A stretch of DNA of 64,000 nt from Syntrophales bacterium (GTDB lineage Bacteria > Desulfobacterota > Syntrophia > Syntrophales > UBA2185). A program made the translations under genes and the position numbers. The stretch spans positions 1,195-65,194 of the forward strand of contig DASRZZ010000009.1 of the NCBI GenBank assembly GCA_035685925.1, read 5' to 3'. Below the pieces are notes generated by a model that was given only the letters and a program-made list of their open reading frames with translations, searched no databases and was not told where the DNA came from. Of this stretch, positions 10,306 through 20,557 are shown one piece after another (positions within the stretch are counted from its first letter, which is position 1; the number at the start of each line of letters is the position of its first letter).

Positions 10306-10644
10306 ATGGTTATAGGATCCGGCATTATAGATTTGTTGATCGTCGAAAGCAGGTCCCTGAAAGAAAAAAGAGGCGTCCTGAGCAGGATATTGAAACGGAC
10401 CCAAAACGAGTTCAATATTTCTATTGCAGAAATCGGCCAGAATGATCACTGGAAGAGGGCGCAGATCGGTTTCAGCCTCGTAGGAAATGACAGGCGTTAC
10501 ATAAATGGAAAAATTGATCACATTCTGAAATTTGTAGAAGGTCTTCACCTAGCCGAGGTGTTGAATTCAAAAATTGAGATAACCAATATACCCGATTCGC
10601 TAGATCACTTCGAATATAGCGAGGATAAGTATAGTGAATTTTAA
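10306..10644 (+). CDS. DUF503 (YlxP-like) protein
   Basis: LLIVESRSLKEKRGVLSRILKR... is the typical DUF503 start. The gene sits in the usual position between infB and rbfA. Confidence 0.7.
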   Translation: MVIGSGIIDLLIVESRSLKEKRGVLSRILKRTQNEFNISIAEIGQNDHWKRAQIGFSLVGNDRRYINGKIDHILKFVEGLHLAEVLNSKIEITNIPDSLDHFEYSEDKYSEF

Positions 10645-10996
10645 AAGGGCAAACCGCGTGGCAGATCTCATTATGGCAGATATTTCTGATATCCTCTTAA
10701 GAGAAATTAGAGATCCGCGCATTAAGTCTGTTACCATTACTGGGGTAGATATGACAGATGATCTGCGTTTGGCCAAAATATATTTTGTCGAGATGGGCCA
10801 GGATACCTGTGATCCGCAAACCAAAATTGCCTTGGAAGGAGCAACCGGTTTTTTAAAGAGAGAGCTTGGGAAAAGGCTGAAACTGCGTTACGTGCCGGAT
10901 ATTCTTTTTGTGTGTGACGAATCGTTCGCCTATGGAAGCCGAATAGATAAACTGCTTGCAGAGATTCAAACGACAGATGAATCAGATGTTGAATAG
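10634..10996 (+). CDS. rbfA: Ribosome-binding factor A
   Basis: RANRVADLI...LLREIRDPR...VTITGVDMTDDLRLAKIYF is an RbfA signature. GTG start. Confidence 0.85.
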   Translation: MNFKRANRVADLIMADISDILLREIRDPRIKSVTITGVDMTDDLRLAKIYFVEMGQDTCDPQTKIALEGATGFLKRELGKRLKLRYVPDILFVCDESFAYGSRIDKLLAEIQTTDESDVE

Positions 10997-11948
10997 AATA
11001 ATTGACGCGATAAATAAGCACAGTTCTTTTCTTATTGCCTCCCATGTCAGACTTGATGGTGATGCTCTGGGATCAGAGCTTGCCCTATACCAAATGCTTT
11101 ACAATATGGGCAAGGAGGTCGTGGTATATAATCAGGATGAAACACCGGGCAATTATCGGTTTCTCCCAGGGAGTGTCAAGATCGTCCACAAGCTTCCTCC
11201 CCCTGAAAAGCGTGATGCCGTATTCGTCCTCGATTGCAGCGAACTTGAAAGGACAGGTGATGAGGCTTCCCTCATCGGCAGCATGCATAATGTGATAAAC
11301 ATTGATCATCATGTGTCAAACAGTAACTTTGGCGATATAATTCTCGTTGACCACAATGCGAGTTCCACGGCAGAGCTGCTTTACGGGCTTATGCTGAAGA
11401 TGGATATTGACATCACTAGGGATATTGCAACCAATCTATATGCAGCAATTGTTACGGACACAGGAGGGTTCTGCTATGGAAATACGAGAAAATACACTCT
11501 GATAGCAGCGGGAAACCTTGTAGGAAGAGGCGCCGATCCTCAGTGGATTTCAGAGAATATATATGAGAGCAATCCCCTTTCGAAAATTAGACTTTTGGCA
11601 AAGGTGCTCGATACCCTTGCTTTCGACAGGTACAAAAAGGTCGGCTACATGATTGTGTATCGAAGAGACATCAGTGATGCGGGAGCGCTGTTGGAGCATA
11701 CCGAGGGCTTTGTAGATATTCCCCGATCCATTGACGGTGTAGAAGTATCTATTCTATTCACTGAATTATCGGAGCACCAATTCAAGTTAAGTCTTCGATC
11801 AAAAAGGAAAGTGAATGTGGAACGTGTTGCCAGAACATTTGGTGGAGGTGGGCACGTAAACGCGGCGGCCTGCCTCATAGATGGAGACTTCAAGACTGTA
11901 TTGCAGCGAGTTTTGACTGCTATAGCTGAGCTTTCATCAAATCCATGA
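10956..11948 (+). CDS. nrnA: DHH/DHHA1 phosphoesterase (NrnA-like oligoribonuclease/pAp phosphatase)
   Basis: Motifs HVRLDGDALGS, INIDHH, DTGGF and GGGH are present. The true start may be the in-frame ATG at 10986 (MLNRIIDAI). Confidence 0.8.
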   Translation: MQRFKRQMNQMLNRIIDAINKHSSFLIASHVRLDGDALGSELALYQMLYNMGKEVVVYNQDETPGNYRFLPGSVKIVHKLPPPEKRDAVFVLDCSELERTGDEASLIGSMHNVINIDHHVSNSNFGDIILVDHNASSTAELLYGLMLKMDIDITRDIATNLYAAIVTDTGGFCYGNTRKYTLIAAGNLVGRGADPQWISENIYESNPLSKIRLLAKVLDTLAFDRYKKVGYMIVYRRDISDAGALLEHTEGFVDIPRSIDGVEVSILFTELSEHQFKLSLRSKRKVNVERVARTFGGGGHVNAAACLIDGDFKTVLQRVLTAIAELSSNP

Positions 11949-12025
11949 ATAATGGCTTGAGGAAAGACCATGGTCGCAATCTTGTAATCAGTGAGAAGTC
12001 GAATTGATTTTCTGGCGAGCCCATC

Positions 12026-12970
12026 ATGATGAATGGCATCGTTGTTATAGATAAACCTTCGGGAAAAACATCTCATGACGTGGTTGAGGATGTTAAGAAA
12101 GCTCTTTTAGTGAAAAAGGCCGGGCATGCAGGTACCTTGGATCCGATGGCAACAGGCGTATTACCAGTTTGTCTGGAGGAGGCAACAAAGCTGGTACAGT
12201 TCTTATCGTCGGATACGAAGGACTATACGGCAATTATGTTACTGGGTGTGAAGACAGATACTCAAGATATAGAAGGCAAAATCATTGCCCGTAATGACCC
12301 CTATGTGATGCATGAGGACATAGAAAACGTCTTTTATCACTTTGTGGGGAAAATAGAGCAAATGCCTCCCCATTACTCGGCTGTAAAATATCGAGGTAAA
12401 TCCTTATACAAATGGGCGAGACAGGGTATTGCCGTCAGACCTCCGAGGAGGATTATAGAAATTTACGACATCACGATTGATGAAGTTAAACTGCCCTACG
12501 TAGCTTTTAGGGTCTCTTGTTCAAAAGGGACCTATATAAGGTCCCTCTGCTCCGATATTGGCGAAATGCTGGGTTGCGGCGCATGCCTGGCGAGTTTACG
12601 TAGGACAAGGAGCGGTAGTTTTCTTGAGAAGTCTGCCATATCCCTTGACGCACTTGGTGATGCAGTAGAAATAAGACCTTGGGACCATATTATTTCATTA
12701 ATAGATGCCATACCTCATATTCCAGCTATTTATGTTGATTACGCATTTGCCAGAAAATTGCGAGAAGGGTATCAGCCGCTTGCAGGAATGCTGAGAATCT
12801 ATCATATTCCTTCCCTTGCAGCCGGAGATATGGTAAAATTTGCTGATAAAGATGGTAATCTTATTTCCATCGCAGAGATGCTTTGTTCATCCGACCGGAT
12901 CGGTTCGACTGATGGAACGAGGCAGGCGGCGAAAATTGTAAGAATCTTTAATACTGGCGTACAAACCTAA
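12026..12970 (+). CDS. truB: tRNA pseudouridine(55) synthase TruB
   Basis: Motifs GIVVIDKPSGKTSHDVV, GHAGTLDPMATGVLPV and YSAVK are present. Confidence 0.9.
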   Translation: MMNGIVVIDKPSGKTSHDVVEDVKKALLVKKAGHAGTLDPMATGVLPVCLEEATKLVQFLSSDTKDYTAIMLLGVKTDTQDIEGKIIARNDPYVMHEDIENVFYHFVGKIEQMPPHYSAVKYRGKSLYKWARQGIAVRPPRRIIEIYDITIDEVKLPYVAFRVSCSKGTYIRSLCSDIGEMLGCGACLASLRRTRSGSFLEKSAISLDALGDAVEIRPWDHIISLIDAIPHIPAIYVDYAFARKLREGYQPLAGMLRIYHIPSLAAGDMVKFADKDGNLISIAEMLCSSDRIGSTDGTRQAAKIVRIFNTGVQT

Positions 12971-13118
12971 GCAGGGTATTAAATTTATTTAGAGAAAGAT
13001 GATTGTACCCCTAAGCAGGTGCGAACCTACAAGAAGACAGGCAAAATTTTCCTGCTACCGTGAGAATTGATATTATCAAATTATTGGTTACGACTAATTT
13101 TAGGGAGGATATGAAGCG

Positions 13119-13385
13119 GTGTTGGATTCTGAAAAAAGAAAGGACGTAATTAACAATTTTCGATTGCATGAGGTAGACACGGGTTCTCCTGAAGTCCAGA
13201 TTGCTCTTCTCAGCGCCAGAATAGAATACTTGACGGAACATTTTAAGGCCCACAAAAAGGACCACCATTCGCGCAGAGGTCTTTTGAAACTTGTGGGTAA
13301 GAGAAGACGCCTTCTGGATTATCTCAGGAAAAAGGATGTTGAAAGATACAGAAGTGTTATTCAACGTCTAGGACTAAGAAAATAA
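13119..13385 (+). CDS. rpsO: 30S ribosomal protein S15
   Basis: [37 protein letters not shown] matches S15. GTG start with a GGGAGG SD. Confidence 0.9.
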   Translation: MLDSEKRKDVINNFRLHEVDTGSPEVQIALLSARIEYLTEHFKAHKKDHHSRRGLLKLVGKRRRLLDYLRKKDVERYRSVIQRLGLRK

Positions 13386-13522
13386 GCCTGGATCAAATTC
13401 TGGAAACTGAGCGGAAAATTTAGGTGCCTTTAATATCTGTTGCGAAGCAGCCAGTCTTTTGTGCTTTAATGAATATGAGAGGCGCATTAAGCGAAAAACT
13501 TTCATGATGAGGAAATAATTAG

Positions 13523-15640
13523 ATGAACAATGTATTCAGTAGAGATTTTGCCGGAAGAAGCATTTCCATCAAGGCGAACTACATGGCTGGCCAGGCGGAT
13601 GGGTCGGCCCTTGTAACCTATGGTGACACCGTAGTCATTGTAACCGCTGTATCACTCAAGAATAAGAGAGAAGGCGTAGATTTTCTTCCTCTTACAGTCG
13701 ATTATCAAGAAATGACTTTTGCAGCTGGAAAGATTCCCGGAGGGTTTTTTAAACGTGAAGGTCGCCCCAATGAAAGAGAGATACTGACATCGAGGATCAT
13801 TGACAGATCTATTAGACCTCTTTTTCCAAAAGGTTACTTTTACGAAACTCAAATCGTGGCAACAGTGCTCTCCGTTGATAATGAAAATGACTCCGTTGTT
13901 GCAGCTTTACTCGGCGCCTCCGCCGCCCTGGCGATTTCGGATATTCCCTTTAACGGGCCAATTGCCAGTGTCCGCGTAGGCAGAGTTGATGGCAAATTTG
14001 TAGTGAACCCATCGGCAGAAGTTCTGGGGATAAGCGATTTCAATCTCTTCATTGTAGGAAGAAAGGCGTCGCCCGAGCCGGGAAGCGAAGAATTTGACAC
14101 AAATCTGGTTATGCTTGAGGGTGAGGCCCTTGAAGTAGAGGAGGATGCGATTGTTGATGCCATCAATTTTGGCCTGGAGGCACTGCGCCCTGCAATCGAA
14201 TTTCAGGATTATATTCGCCAGACTATAGGAAAAGAGAAACGGGTCGTGTCTGCCATCGCCGTTGATGAACTTCTTCTGGCGAAGGTAACTGAGAAAGCCA
14301 AAGACAGCATAAAAAAAGCATATACTATACCTGGAAAACAGGACAGGCACAACAAGCTTGACTTGATAAGGGAGAAGATCGTTAAAGAAGTTTGCGCTGA
14401 GGACGAAAGTCTCGGTTTAGAGGTTAATAACATCCTATCGGACCTGGAGAGGCAAGTTATTAGGGATATGATACTGTGCGACCACAAGCGGTCCGACGGC
14501 AGAACATTTTCTGAGATCAGGCCAATCAGCGCCGAGGTTGGAATGCTCCCCAGGGCTCACGGATCTGCCCTTTTTACCAGGGGTGAAACTCAGGCCCTTG
14601 CTGCCCTCACACTCGGCACGTCTTCTGACGAACAGCGGCTAGATTATGTGAGCGGCGAAGAAATGAGAACATTCATCCTGCACTATAATTTTCCGCCTTA
14701 TTGCGTAGGAGAAGCACGACCTTTAAGGAGCCCGGGAAGAAGAGAGATCGGACACGGCGCCCTAGCAAGAAAAGCCTTGCTGCCTATTCTGCCTTCTGAG
14801 GAGACGTTCCCCTATACGATAAGGATTGTCTCTGAGATACTGTCTTCCAATGGTTCATCGTCAATGGCAACCGTCTGCGGAAGCCTCCTCTCCCTTATGG
14901 ATGCTGGCGTACCGGTCAAGGATATAGTGGCCGGTATTGCCATGGGGTTGTTAAAGACTGACAGCAAGGTAGTCGTGCTCTCTGACATCATAGGAGATGA
15001 AGACCATGCAGGTGACATGGATCTCAAGGTGTGCGGGACGAAGAAGGGTATCACAGCCTTGCAGATGGATATCAAAATCGGTGGTCTGAATGAGGATATC
15101 TTAAGAATGGCCCTGCAGCAGGCGAAAGAGGGACGACTCTTTATCATCGAGAAGCTGAGGGAAACAATTGCAGAACCCAGGAATGACATCTCCAAATACG
15201 CGCCAAGGATTACAACGCTCAAGGTCAAACCCGAAAAGGTAAGAGATGTGATCGGCACTGGCGGAAAAAATATCAGGCAGATCATCAATGAAACGGGCGT
15301 TACAATCGACGTGGAGGATGATGGCACAGTGACCATTGCGTCAAATGATGCAGAGGCTGCGTCACGGGCCGTCGCCATGGTCAAGTGGTTAACTGAGGAC
15401 GCCGAGGTCGGAAAGATCTACCGCGGCATCGTCAAGAAAATCGTTGATTTTGGCGCCTTTGTCGAGATATTGCCGGGCACGGAAGGATTGGTGCACATAT
15501 CGCAGCTCTCAAGAGAACGGGTGAAAAGTGTTGCCGATGTCCTTCATGAGGGAGAGGAAGTGATGGTCAAGGTTCTTGAGATTGACAAGCAGGGGAAAAT
15601 TCGTCTTAGCAGGAAAGATGCCCTAGGTGCACATGTATAA
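13523..15640 (+). CDS. pnp: Polyribonucleotide nucleotidyltransferase (PNPase)
   Basis: Two RNase PH domains plus KH (IGTGGKNIRQI) and S1 (GIVKKIVDFGAFVEILPG) domains. Conserved rpsO-pnp order. Confidence 0.95.
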   Translation: MNNVFSRDFAGRSISIKANYMAGQADGSALVTYGDTVVIVTAVSLKNKREGVDFLPLTVDYQEMTFAAGKIPGGFFKREGRPNEREILTSRIIDRSIRPLFPKGYFYETQIVATVLSVDNENDSVVAALLGASAALAISDIPFNGPIASVRVGRVDGKFVVNPSAEVLGISDFNLFIVGRKASPEPGSEEFDTNLVMLEGEALEVEEDAIVDAINFGLEALRPAIEFQDYIRQTIGKEKRVVSAIAVDELLLAKVTEKAKDSIKKAYTIPGKQDRHNKLDLIREKIVKEVCAEDESLGLEVNNILSDLERQVIRDMILCDHKRSDGRTFSEIRPISAEVGMLPRAHGSALFTRGETQALAALTLGTSSDEQRLDYVSGEEMRTFILHYNFPPYCVGEARPLRSPGRREIGHGALARKALLPILPSEETFPYTIRIVSEILSSNGSSSMATVCGSLLSLMDAGVPVKDIVAGIAMGLLKTDSKVVVLSDIIGDEDHAGDMDLKVCGTKKGITALQMDIKIGGLNEDILRMALQQAKEGRLFIIEKLRETIAEPRNDISKYAPRITTLKVKPEKVRDVIGTGGKNIRQIINETGVTIDVEDDGTVTIASNDAEAASRAVAMVKWLTEDAEVGKIYRGIVKKIVDFGAFVEILPGTEGLVHISQLSRERVKSVADVLHEGEEVMVKVLEIDKQGKIRLSRKDALGAHV

Positions 15641-16889
15641 TAAAACTGTCCTTCCGAACGGTATTAGGGTTGTTTCAGAACACATAGATCATGTCAGGTC
15701 AATATCGATAGGGATTTGGGTAAAGTGTGGTTCACGCTACGAGGACCAAGCGACTAATGGAGCAGCACATTTCATCGAGCATATGCTTTTCAAAGGTACC
15801 AAAAACAGGTCTGCTTTTGAAATTGCCTCGGCTATTGATTCCGTCGGCGGTATGATGAATGCCTTCACTGGCAAGGAATTGACCTCATTTTATATAAAAA
15901 TACCAGACTACCACCTCCCTATGGCGGTAGACCTTCTTGCTGATATTTTTATAAACTCATGCTTTGATGAAAAAGAAATCAGGAAGGAACAATCGGTAGT
16001 CCTTCAGGAAATTAATATGACCGAGGATTCACCTGATGATTATATTCATGATTACTTTGAGGGCATATTCTGGGATGGCCATCCTTTGGGGTTTTCTGTG
16101 CTGGGGACTAGAAGACTTGTAGCGTCCTTAGACCGGGAGACTCTTCTGTCTTTCTTCGATGCACGCTATGGAGGCGATAATCTTGTGCTCGCTGCTGCTG
16201 GTAATCTGAACCACGACGAATTCGTTGATCTTGCGAGAAAGAAATTTGGATCCATACCTGCAAAAGCAATCAACCCGCTGATAAATAAACCAGCGGCATC
16301 ATCAAAGGTCGCCGTCCTCAAGAAAGACCTGGAGCAGGCTCATATGATCATGGGCGCCCTCGCCCCTTCAGCCGTTAGCCCTGACAGATATTCCGGTTTT
16401 CTATTGAACGCCATTTTGGGCGGAAGCATGAGTTCAAGGCTGTTCCAGGAAATCAGAGAGGAGCGGGGGATCGCTTATGCAATTCATTCCTTTGTCTCCC
16501 CATATATGGATGTGGGTCTCTTGGGCATATATGCAGGAACCAGTGAGGAGAAAGTCCCCGTCGTCATCAGTCTCATTCTTGAAGAACTAAAGCGGTTGCG
16601 CCACGAGCTTTTAACGGAAAAAGAGCTGTCGCAGGTCAAAGAGTTGATCAAAGGAAATTACCTCCTCTCTATGGAAAGCACTGACAGCCGCATGATAAGA
16701 TTGGCTAAAAATGAGATTTCTTTCGGACGGTATATCGAACAGGGTGATGTCATTGCCTCCATAGATGCTGTCAAGGCAGAAGACGTTAGAAATCTTGCCT
16801 CTGATATTTTCAGGGCGGGCGCCATATCTCTAGCTGTTATGGGCAGGATTTCGGAAAAGGACATCTCTCTTGATTCGTATGAAGGATAG
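15627..16889 (+). CDS. M16-family zinc peptidase (insulinase-like)
   Basis: The inverted zinc motif HFIEHMLFKG (HxxEH) is present, and the size is typical. Confidence 0.85.
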   Translation: MHMYNKTVLPNGIRVVSEHIDHVRSISIGIWVKCGSRYEDQATNGAAHFIEHMLFKGTKNRSAFEIASAIDSVGGMMNAFTGKELTSFYIKIPDYHLPMAVDLLADIFINSCFDEKEIRKEQSVVLQEINMTEDSPDDYIHDYFEGIFWDGHPLGFSVLGTRRLVASLDRETLLSFFDARYGGDNLVLAAAGNLNHDEFVDLARKKFGSIPAKAINPLINKPAASSKVAVLKKDLEQAHMIMGALAPSAVSPDRYSGFLLNAILGGSMSSRLFQEIREERGIAYAIHSFVSPYMDVGLLGIYAGTSEEKVPVVISLILEELKRLRHELLTEKELSQVKELIKGNYLLSMESTDSRMIRLAKNEISFGRYIEQGDVIASIDAVKAEDVRNLASDIFRAGAISLAVMGRISEKDISLDSYEG

Positions 16890-16906
16890 GATCTCTATAG
16901 GTCACA

Positions 16907-17356
16907 ATGATAGAAGAAATTGGTGTGCATATTCATAAGCTTCCCGGTTATGTGGACATGCCTTTTCCTCGATATATGACGGAACGTTCAGCAGGCATGG
17001 ACATATACGCAGCTGTAAAGAAAGATGAGACCATATATCCTGGACATAGGAAAATAGTTCCTACAGGTATAGCCATTGGGCTTCCGGAAGGCTATGAGGC
17101 AGAGATAAGACCTCGAAGCGGCCTTGCAGTAAAAAATGGTGTGACACTGGTTAATTCTCCCGGCACCATTGACGCAGACTACCGCGGCGAGATTGGTATT
17201 ATACTGATTAACCATGGAGAAGAACCTTTTGTCATCAGGCGTGGTGACCGCATTGCACAGATGATAGTGCACAGGATCTGTAAGGTTTCATGGATAGAGT
17301 GTGGGGAGCTAGATGCAACCACGAGAGGGGAAGGAGGCTTCGGTCACACTAAGTGA
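16907..17356 (+). CDS. dut: dUTP diphosphatase
   Basis: Motifs SAGMDIYA, RPRSGLA, GTIDADYRGEI and RGEGGFGHT are present. Confidence 0.9.
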   Translation: MIEEIGVHIHKLPGYVDMPFPRYMTERSAGMDIYAAVKKDETIYPGHRKIVPTGIAIGLPEGYEAEIRPRSGLAVKNGVTLVNSPGTIDADYRGEIGIILINHGEEPFVIRRGDRIAQMIVHRICKVSWIECGELDATTRGEGGFGHTK

Positions 17357-17369
17357 GGATGAGCGCATA

Positions 17370-18548
17370 ATGAAGAAATTCAGAGTAAGTAAAACATACA
17401 AAGACATCAACGAGAAGATCAAGAAGGGAAAGGCCGTTGTTGTAACAGCTGAAGAAATGATCGATATTGTTGAGAAACATGGTCATGTGGAAGGGGCCCG
17501 CAGGATTGATGTTGTCACGACGGGGACCTTCGCTCCCATGTGCTCATCTGGGGCTTTTCTGAATTTCGGGCACACGGCTCCAAGGATAAAAACGTCGAAG
17601 GTGTGGCTGAACGACGTGTTCGCATACGGTGGCATCGCGGCAGTGGACTGCTATATTGGTGCAACTGAGGTGGCTGAAGGGGATCCCTTAAATAGTGTCT
17701 ATCCCGGGGAATTCAAGTATGGAGGCGGGCATGTGATTGAAGACCTGGTAGCAGGCAACGTAATCAGATTGCGTGCTGAGGGGTATGGGACTGACTGTTA
17801 TCCTGCTCGGAAATATGAAAAAAATATCACGATTAACGATCTGCGGGATGCAATTCTCTTCAACCCGCGGAATGCTTACCAAAATTACAATTGTGCTGTT
17901 AACATGTCTGACAGAACAATTTATACTTACATGGGGGTATTGAGGCCACGCATGGCCAATGCCAATTACGCTACAGCGGGCCAATTGAGTCCTCTTTTTA
18001 ACGATCCCCACTATCTGACCATCGGCATCGGAACGAGAATCTTTTTGGGAGGAGCCCAGGGTTATGTAGCATGGAACGGGACCCAACATAACCCGAATGT
18101 CAAGAGAGGCAAACACGGCGTGCCCAAAGAAGGTGCCGGAACGATTGCGGCGATAGGAAACCTTAAAGAAATGACTTCTCATTGGCTTGTGGGCGCGAGC
18201 ATGCTGGGATACGGTGTTTCCCTGTATGTTGGCATAGGCATACCCATACCCATTTTGAACGAAGATATGGCTCGCTATACGGCAGTTAAAGACGAAAACA
18301 TATGTACGCAGATCTATGACTACAGCATGGATTATCCTAAGGGTGGCGCGCTTAAGAGCCTCGGGGAAGTAAGCTACAAGGAACTCCGCTCCGGCGAGAT
18401 CGTAATAAATGGTAAAAAAGTCATCACCGCATCCTTGTCTAGTTATTTTAAGGCGAGGGAAATCGCACACATCCTAAAGGAATGGATTGAACGAGGGAAC
18501 TTCCTCCTCGGAGAACCCCAGCAGTGCCTGCCTTCCGTCATGATCTAA
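17370..18548 (+). CDS. COG1900/DUF39 protein (homocysteine biosynthesis, aspartate-semialdehyde sulfurtransferase-like)
   Basis: KTYKDINEKIKKGKAVVVTAEEM...VDVVTTGTFAPMCSSGAFLNFGH is characteristic of the COG1900 family known from methanogens and anaerobic bacteria. I chose the internal ATG (MKKF) at 17370 rather than the ORF-track start, which overlaps dut. Confidence 0.7.
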   Translation: MKKFRVSKTYKDINEKIKKGKAVVVTAEEMIDIVEKHGHVEGARRIDVVTTGTFAPMCSSGAFLNFGHTAPRIKTSKVWLNDVFAYGGIAAVDCYIGATEVAEGDPLNSVYPGEFKYGGGHVIEDLVAGNVIRLRAEGYGTDCYPARKYEKNITINDLRDAILFNPRNAYQNYNCAVNMSDRTIYTYMGVLRPRMANANYATAGQLSPLFNDPHYLTIGIGTRIFLGGAQGYVAWNGTQHNPNVKRGKHGVPKEGAGTIAAIGNLKEMTSHWLVGASMLGYGVSLYVGIGIPIPILNEDMARYTAVKDENICTQIYDYSMDYPKGGALKSLGEVSYKELRSGEIVINGKKVITASLSSYFKAREIAHILKEWIERGNFLLGEPQQCLPSVMI

Positions 18549-18737
18549 TGACCGCTCTTTTTAAGAAGTTTAACGGCACATAAGGCCCACCCTTAGAAGT
18601 ATTAACTATCTAGTATAATTAATTTTATTATTAATTACAGCATCTCTTGACACTACTGCGGATATTTTGCAATTCTACCATTTTTAGTTAATGTTAATTA
18701 ATATTAAAGAATATTGCATATAAAAGATGTTATTTAC

Positions 18738-18766
18738 TTGACATAATTTATTTTTACTAGCATAAA
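18738..18766 (+). promoter_or_regulatory. Candidate sigma70-type promoter upstream of the XRE gene
   Basis: TTGACA, a 17-nt spacer, then CATAAA, inside a strongly AT-rich 240-bp spacer. Confidence 0.3.
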
Positions 18767-18791
18767 GTCATATCAAGGTTATGTTGCATGC

Positions 18792-18995
18792 ATGGACATT
18801 GGTATGAAAAAAAATAAGGTTAGACAGTTCCGAGAAGCGATCCCTTTAAGCATCGCCGAACTCGCAAGAAAGGCGAACTTAACTCCTCAGACTGTAACAA
18901 AGATGGAAAAAGGATTGCCAACAAGAAAGTACTCTGAACTAAAGGTCGCAAAGGCGTTACAAAAAGATTACGACGACGTTTTTTTATCAGAATAA
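18792..18995 (+). CDS. XRE-family helix-turn-helix protein
   Basis: LSIAELARKANLTPQTVTKMEKG is a classic HTH_3 core. Confidence 0.6.
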   Translation: MDIGMKKNKVRQFREAIPLSIAELARKANLTPQTVTKMEKGLPTRKYSELKVAKALQKDYDDVFLSE

Positions 18996-19126
18996 GGACA
19001 TATTATATTTCTTGCGAAATATTTTGGCGACTTGTTGGAAACGAGTATTTAGAAGTTTGCCAGTTTCAAGTCTGTTGGTACTTCCAGTGATAACCATCAC
19101 AGAATAGCCACCGACAAGGATGTTAG

Positions 19127-19393
19127 ATGAAAGTCGGAAGATATCTTATTGTATTTATTTTTGTGATGAGTATTCTCATCATCTTTGGCAAGCGCGGTCT
19201 CGTCGATAACTACGCCATGAAAGAACGATTAATGGCTCTTAAGAAGTCTAATCAGGATATTTCTCTTGAAAACAAGGAATTAAGTAAAAAAGTAATATTA
19301 CTCAGGGGTGACCTTCAATATATAGAAATGCTGGCGAGAAATGAACTTGGCATGGTTAGAAAGGGAGACCTCATCTATAGATATGTGAAATGA
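19127..19393 (+). CDS. FtsB/DivIC-like septum formation initiator family protein
   Basis: N-terminal TM helix, then a coiled coil, then the C-terminal IEMLARNELGMVRKGDLIY motif. Confidence 0.55.
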   Translation: MKVGRYLIVFIFVMSILIIFGKRGLVDNYAMKERLMALKKSNQDISLENKELSKKVILLRGDLQYIEMLARNELGMVRKGDLIYRYVK

Positions 19394-19429
19394 TGTTACA
19401 TGAAAGAAAAGAACCAGGCACGGTGATTT

Positions 19430-20557
19430 ATGTTTGACGTCAAGAATTTGTTAGCAGGCAGCAAAAAAAAGTTCAGTCTTGATGCCATTAAGAACCTGTT
19501 TCCAGCCAGCAAAAACCTAGTCGGACTTGATATAGGGTCAAGTGCTATAAAACTCGCTGAAATAGTCGAAACATCCAAGGGACCCATCCTTTCTCGATTT
19601 TCCCAGATACCTCTGGCAAAGGGTGTAATAGTGGATGGCGCGCCCGTTGAACATCAAGAATTGGCCCAAAAAATAAAGCGATTATTCAAACAGTCCGGTT
19701 GCAAAAAGAAATCCATCGTTACCTCTCTTTCAGGACACTCCGTGATCATTAAAAAAGTCACCTTTCCCTCGATGGATGAAATGGAATTACGTGATCTGAT
19801 AAAAGATGAAGCGGGTAAATATTTGCCCTTTGATAGCATGGAAACAGTAAGTTACGATTTTCAAGTCCTCGGAGAAAATGAATTTAACCCAAATCAGATG
19901 GATGTTATCATTGTTGCGGCAAAAAATGAAATCGTAAATTCCTATGCCGATGCCATTCAGCAGGCAGGCTATTTGCCAGTTATCATGGACGTAGATTCAT
20001 TCGCACTGGAGACCATGTGTGAAGAGAATTACGACTTTGAAGATAATGAAATGGTTGTCCTTGTTAATATCGGAGCGAGCATTACGAATATAAACGTGCT
20101 CAGGGGTGGTACCTCAGTCTTCACCAGAGATTTTATGCTGGCGGGAAATTCCATAACTGAAGCCCTCGGGCAGAAAATGGGTGTCGCCTTTGAAGAAGCT
20201 GAGAGAATTAAGATTGAAGGTCCGAATGGCGGCGTAGCTATAGAAAAAGGATTCTGGGAGAGTATTCTCCATTATGCCGAGCCGATCTGTGCGGAAATTG
20301 AGAGGTCCGTCGATTATTTCAGGTCAACCTATGGGGGGGAATATTTGAGACGCATTCTCCTCTCCGGTGGAAGCGCAAGAATCCCGGGCTTAGTGAGTGA
20401 CCTGACACATAGGCTCGGTGTGGAAGCGGAAATCGCCAACCCCTTTAAGAAAATAGGCTATGGTAAAAATGCCCTCGGGCAAGCCACAATTGAAGAAATT
20501 ATACCGATCGCTGCTGTCGGAGTCGGACTGGCGCTGAGAAGAGTTGGTGACAAATGA
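19430..20557 (+). CDS. pilM: Type IV pilus assembly protein PilM
   Basis: Actin-like ATPase fold signature LVGLDIGSSAIKLAEI. First gene of the pilMNOPQ order. Confidence 0.9.
   Translation: MFDVKNLLAGSKKKFSLDAIKNLFPASKNLVGLDIGSSAIKLAEIVETSKGPILSRFSQIPLAKGVIVDGAPVEHQELAQKIKRLFKQSGCKKKSIVTSLSGHSVIIKKVTFPSMDEMELRDLIKDEAGKYLPFDSMETVSYDFQVLGENEFNPNQMDVIIVAAKNEIVNSYADAIQQAGYLPVIMDVDSFALETMCEENYDFEDNEMVVLVNIGASITNINVLRGGTSVFTRDFMLAGNSITEALGQKMGVAFEEAERIKIEGPNGGVAIEKGFWESILHYAEPICAEIERSVDYFRSTYGGEYLRRILLSGGSARIPGLVSDLTHRLGVEAEIANPFKKIGYGKNALGQATIEEIIPIAAVGVGLALRRVGDK

Noticed and set aside
17688-18470. 260-aa minus-strand ORF
   Set aside because: Antisense to the COG1900 gene, with no recognisable domain or translation signals.
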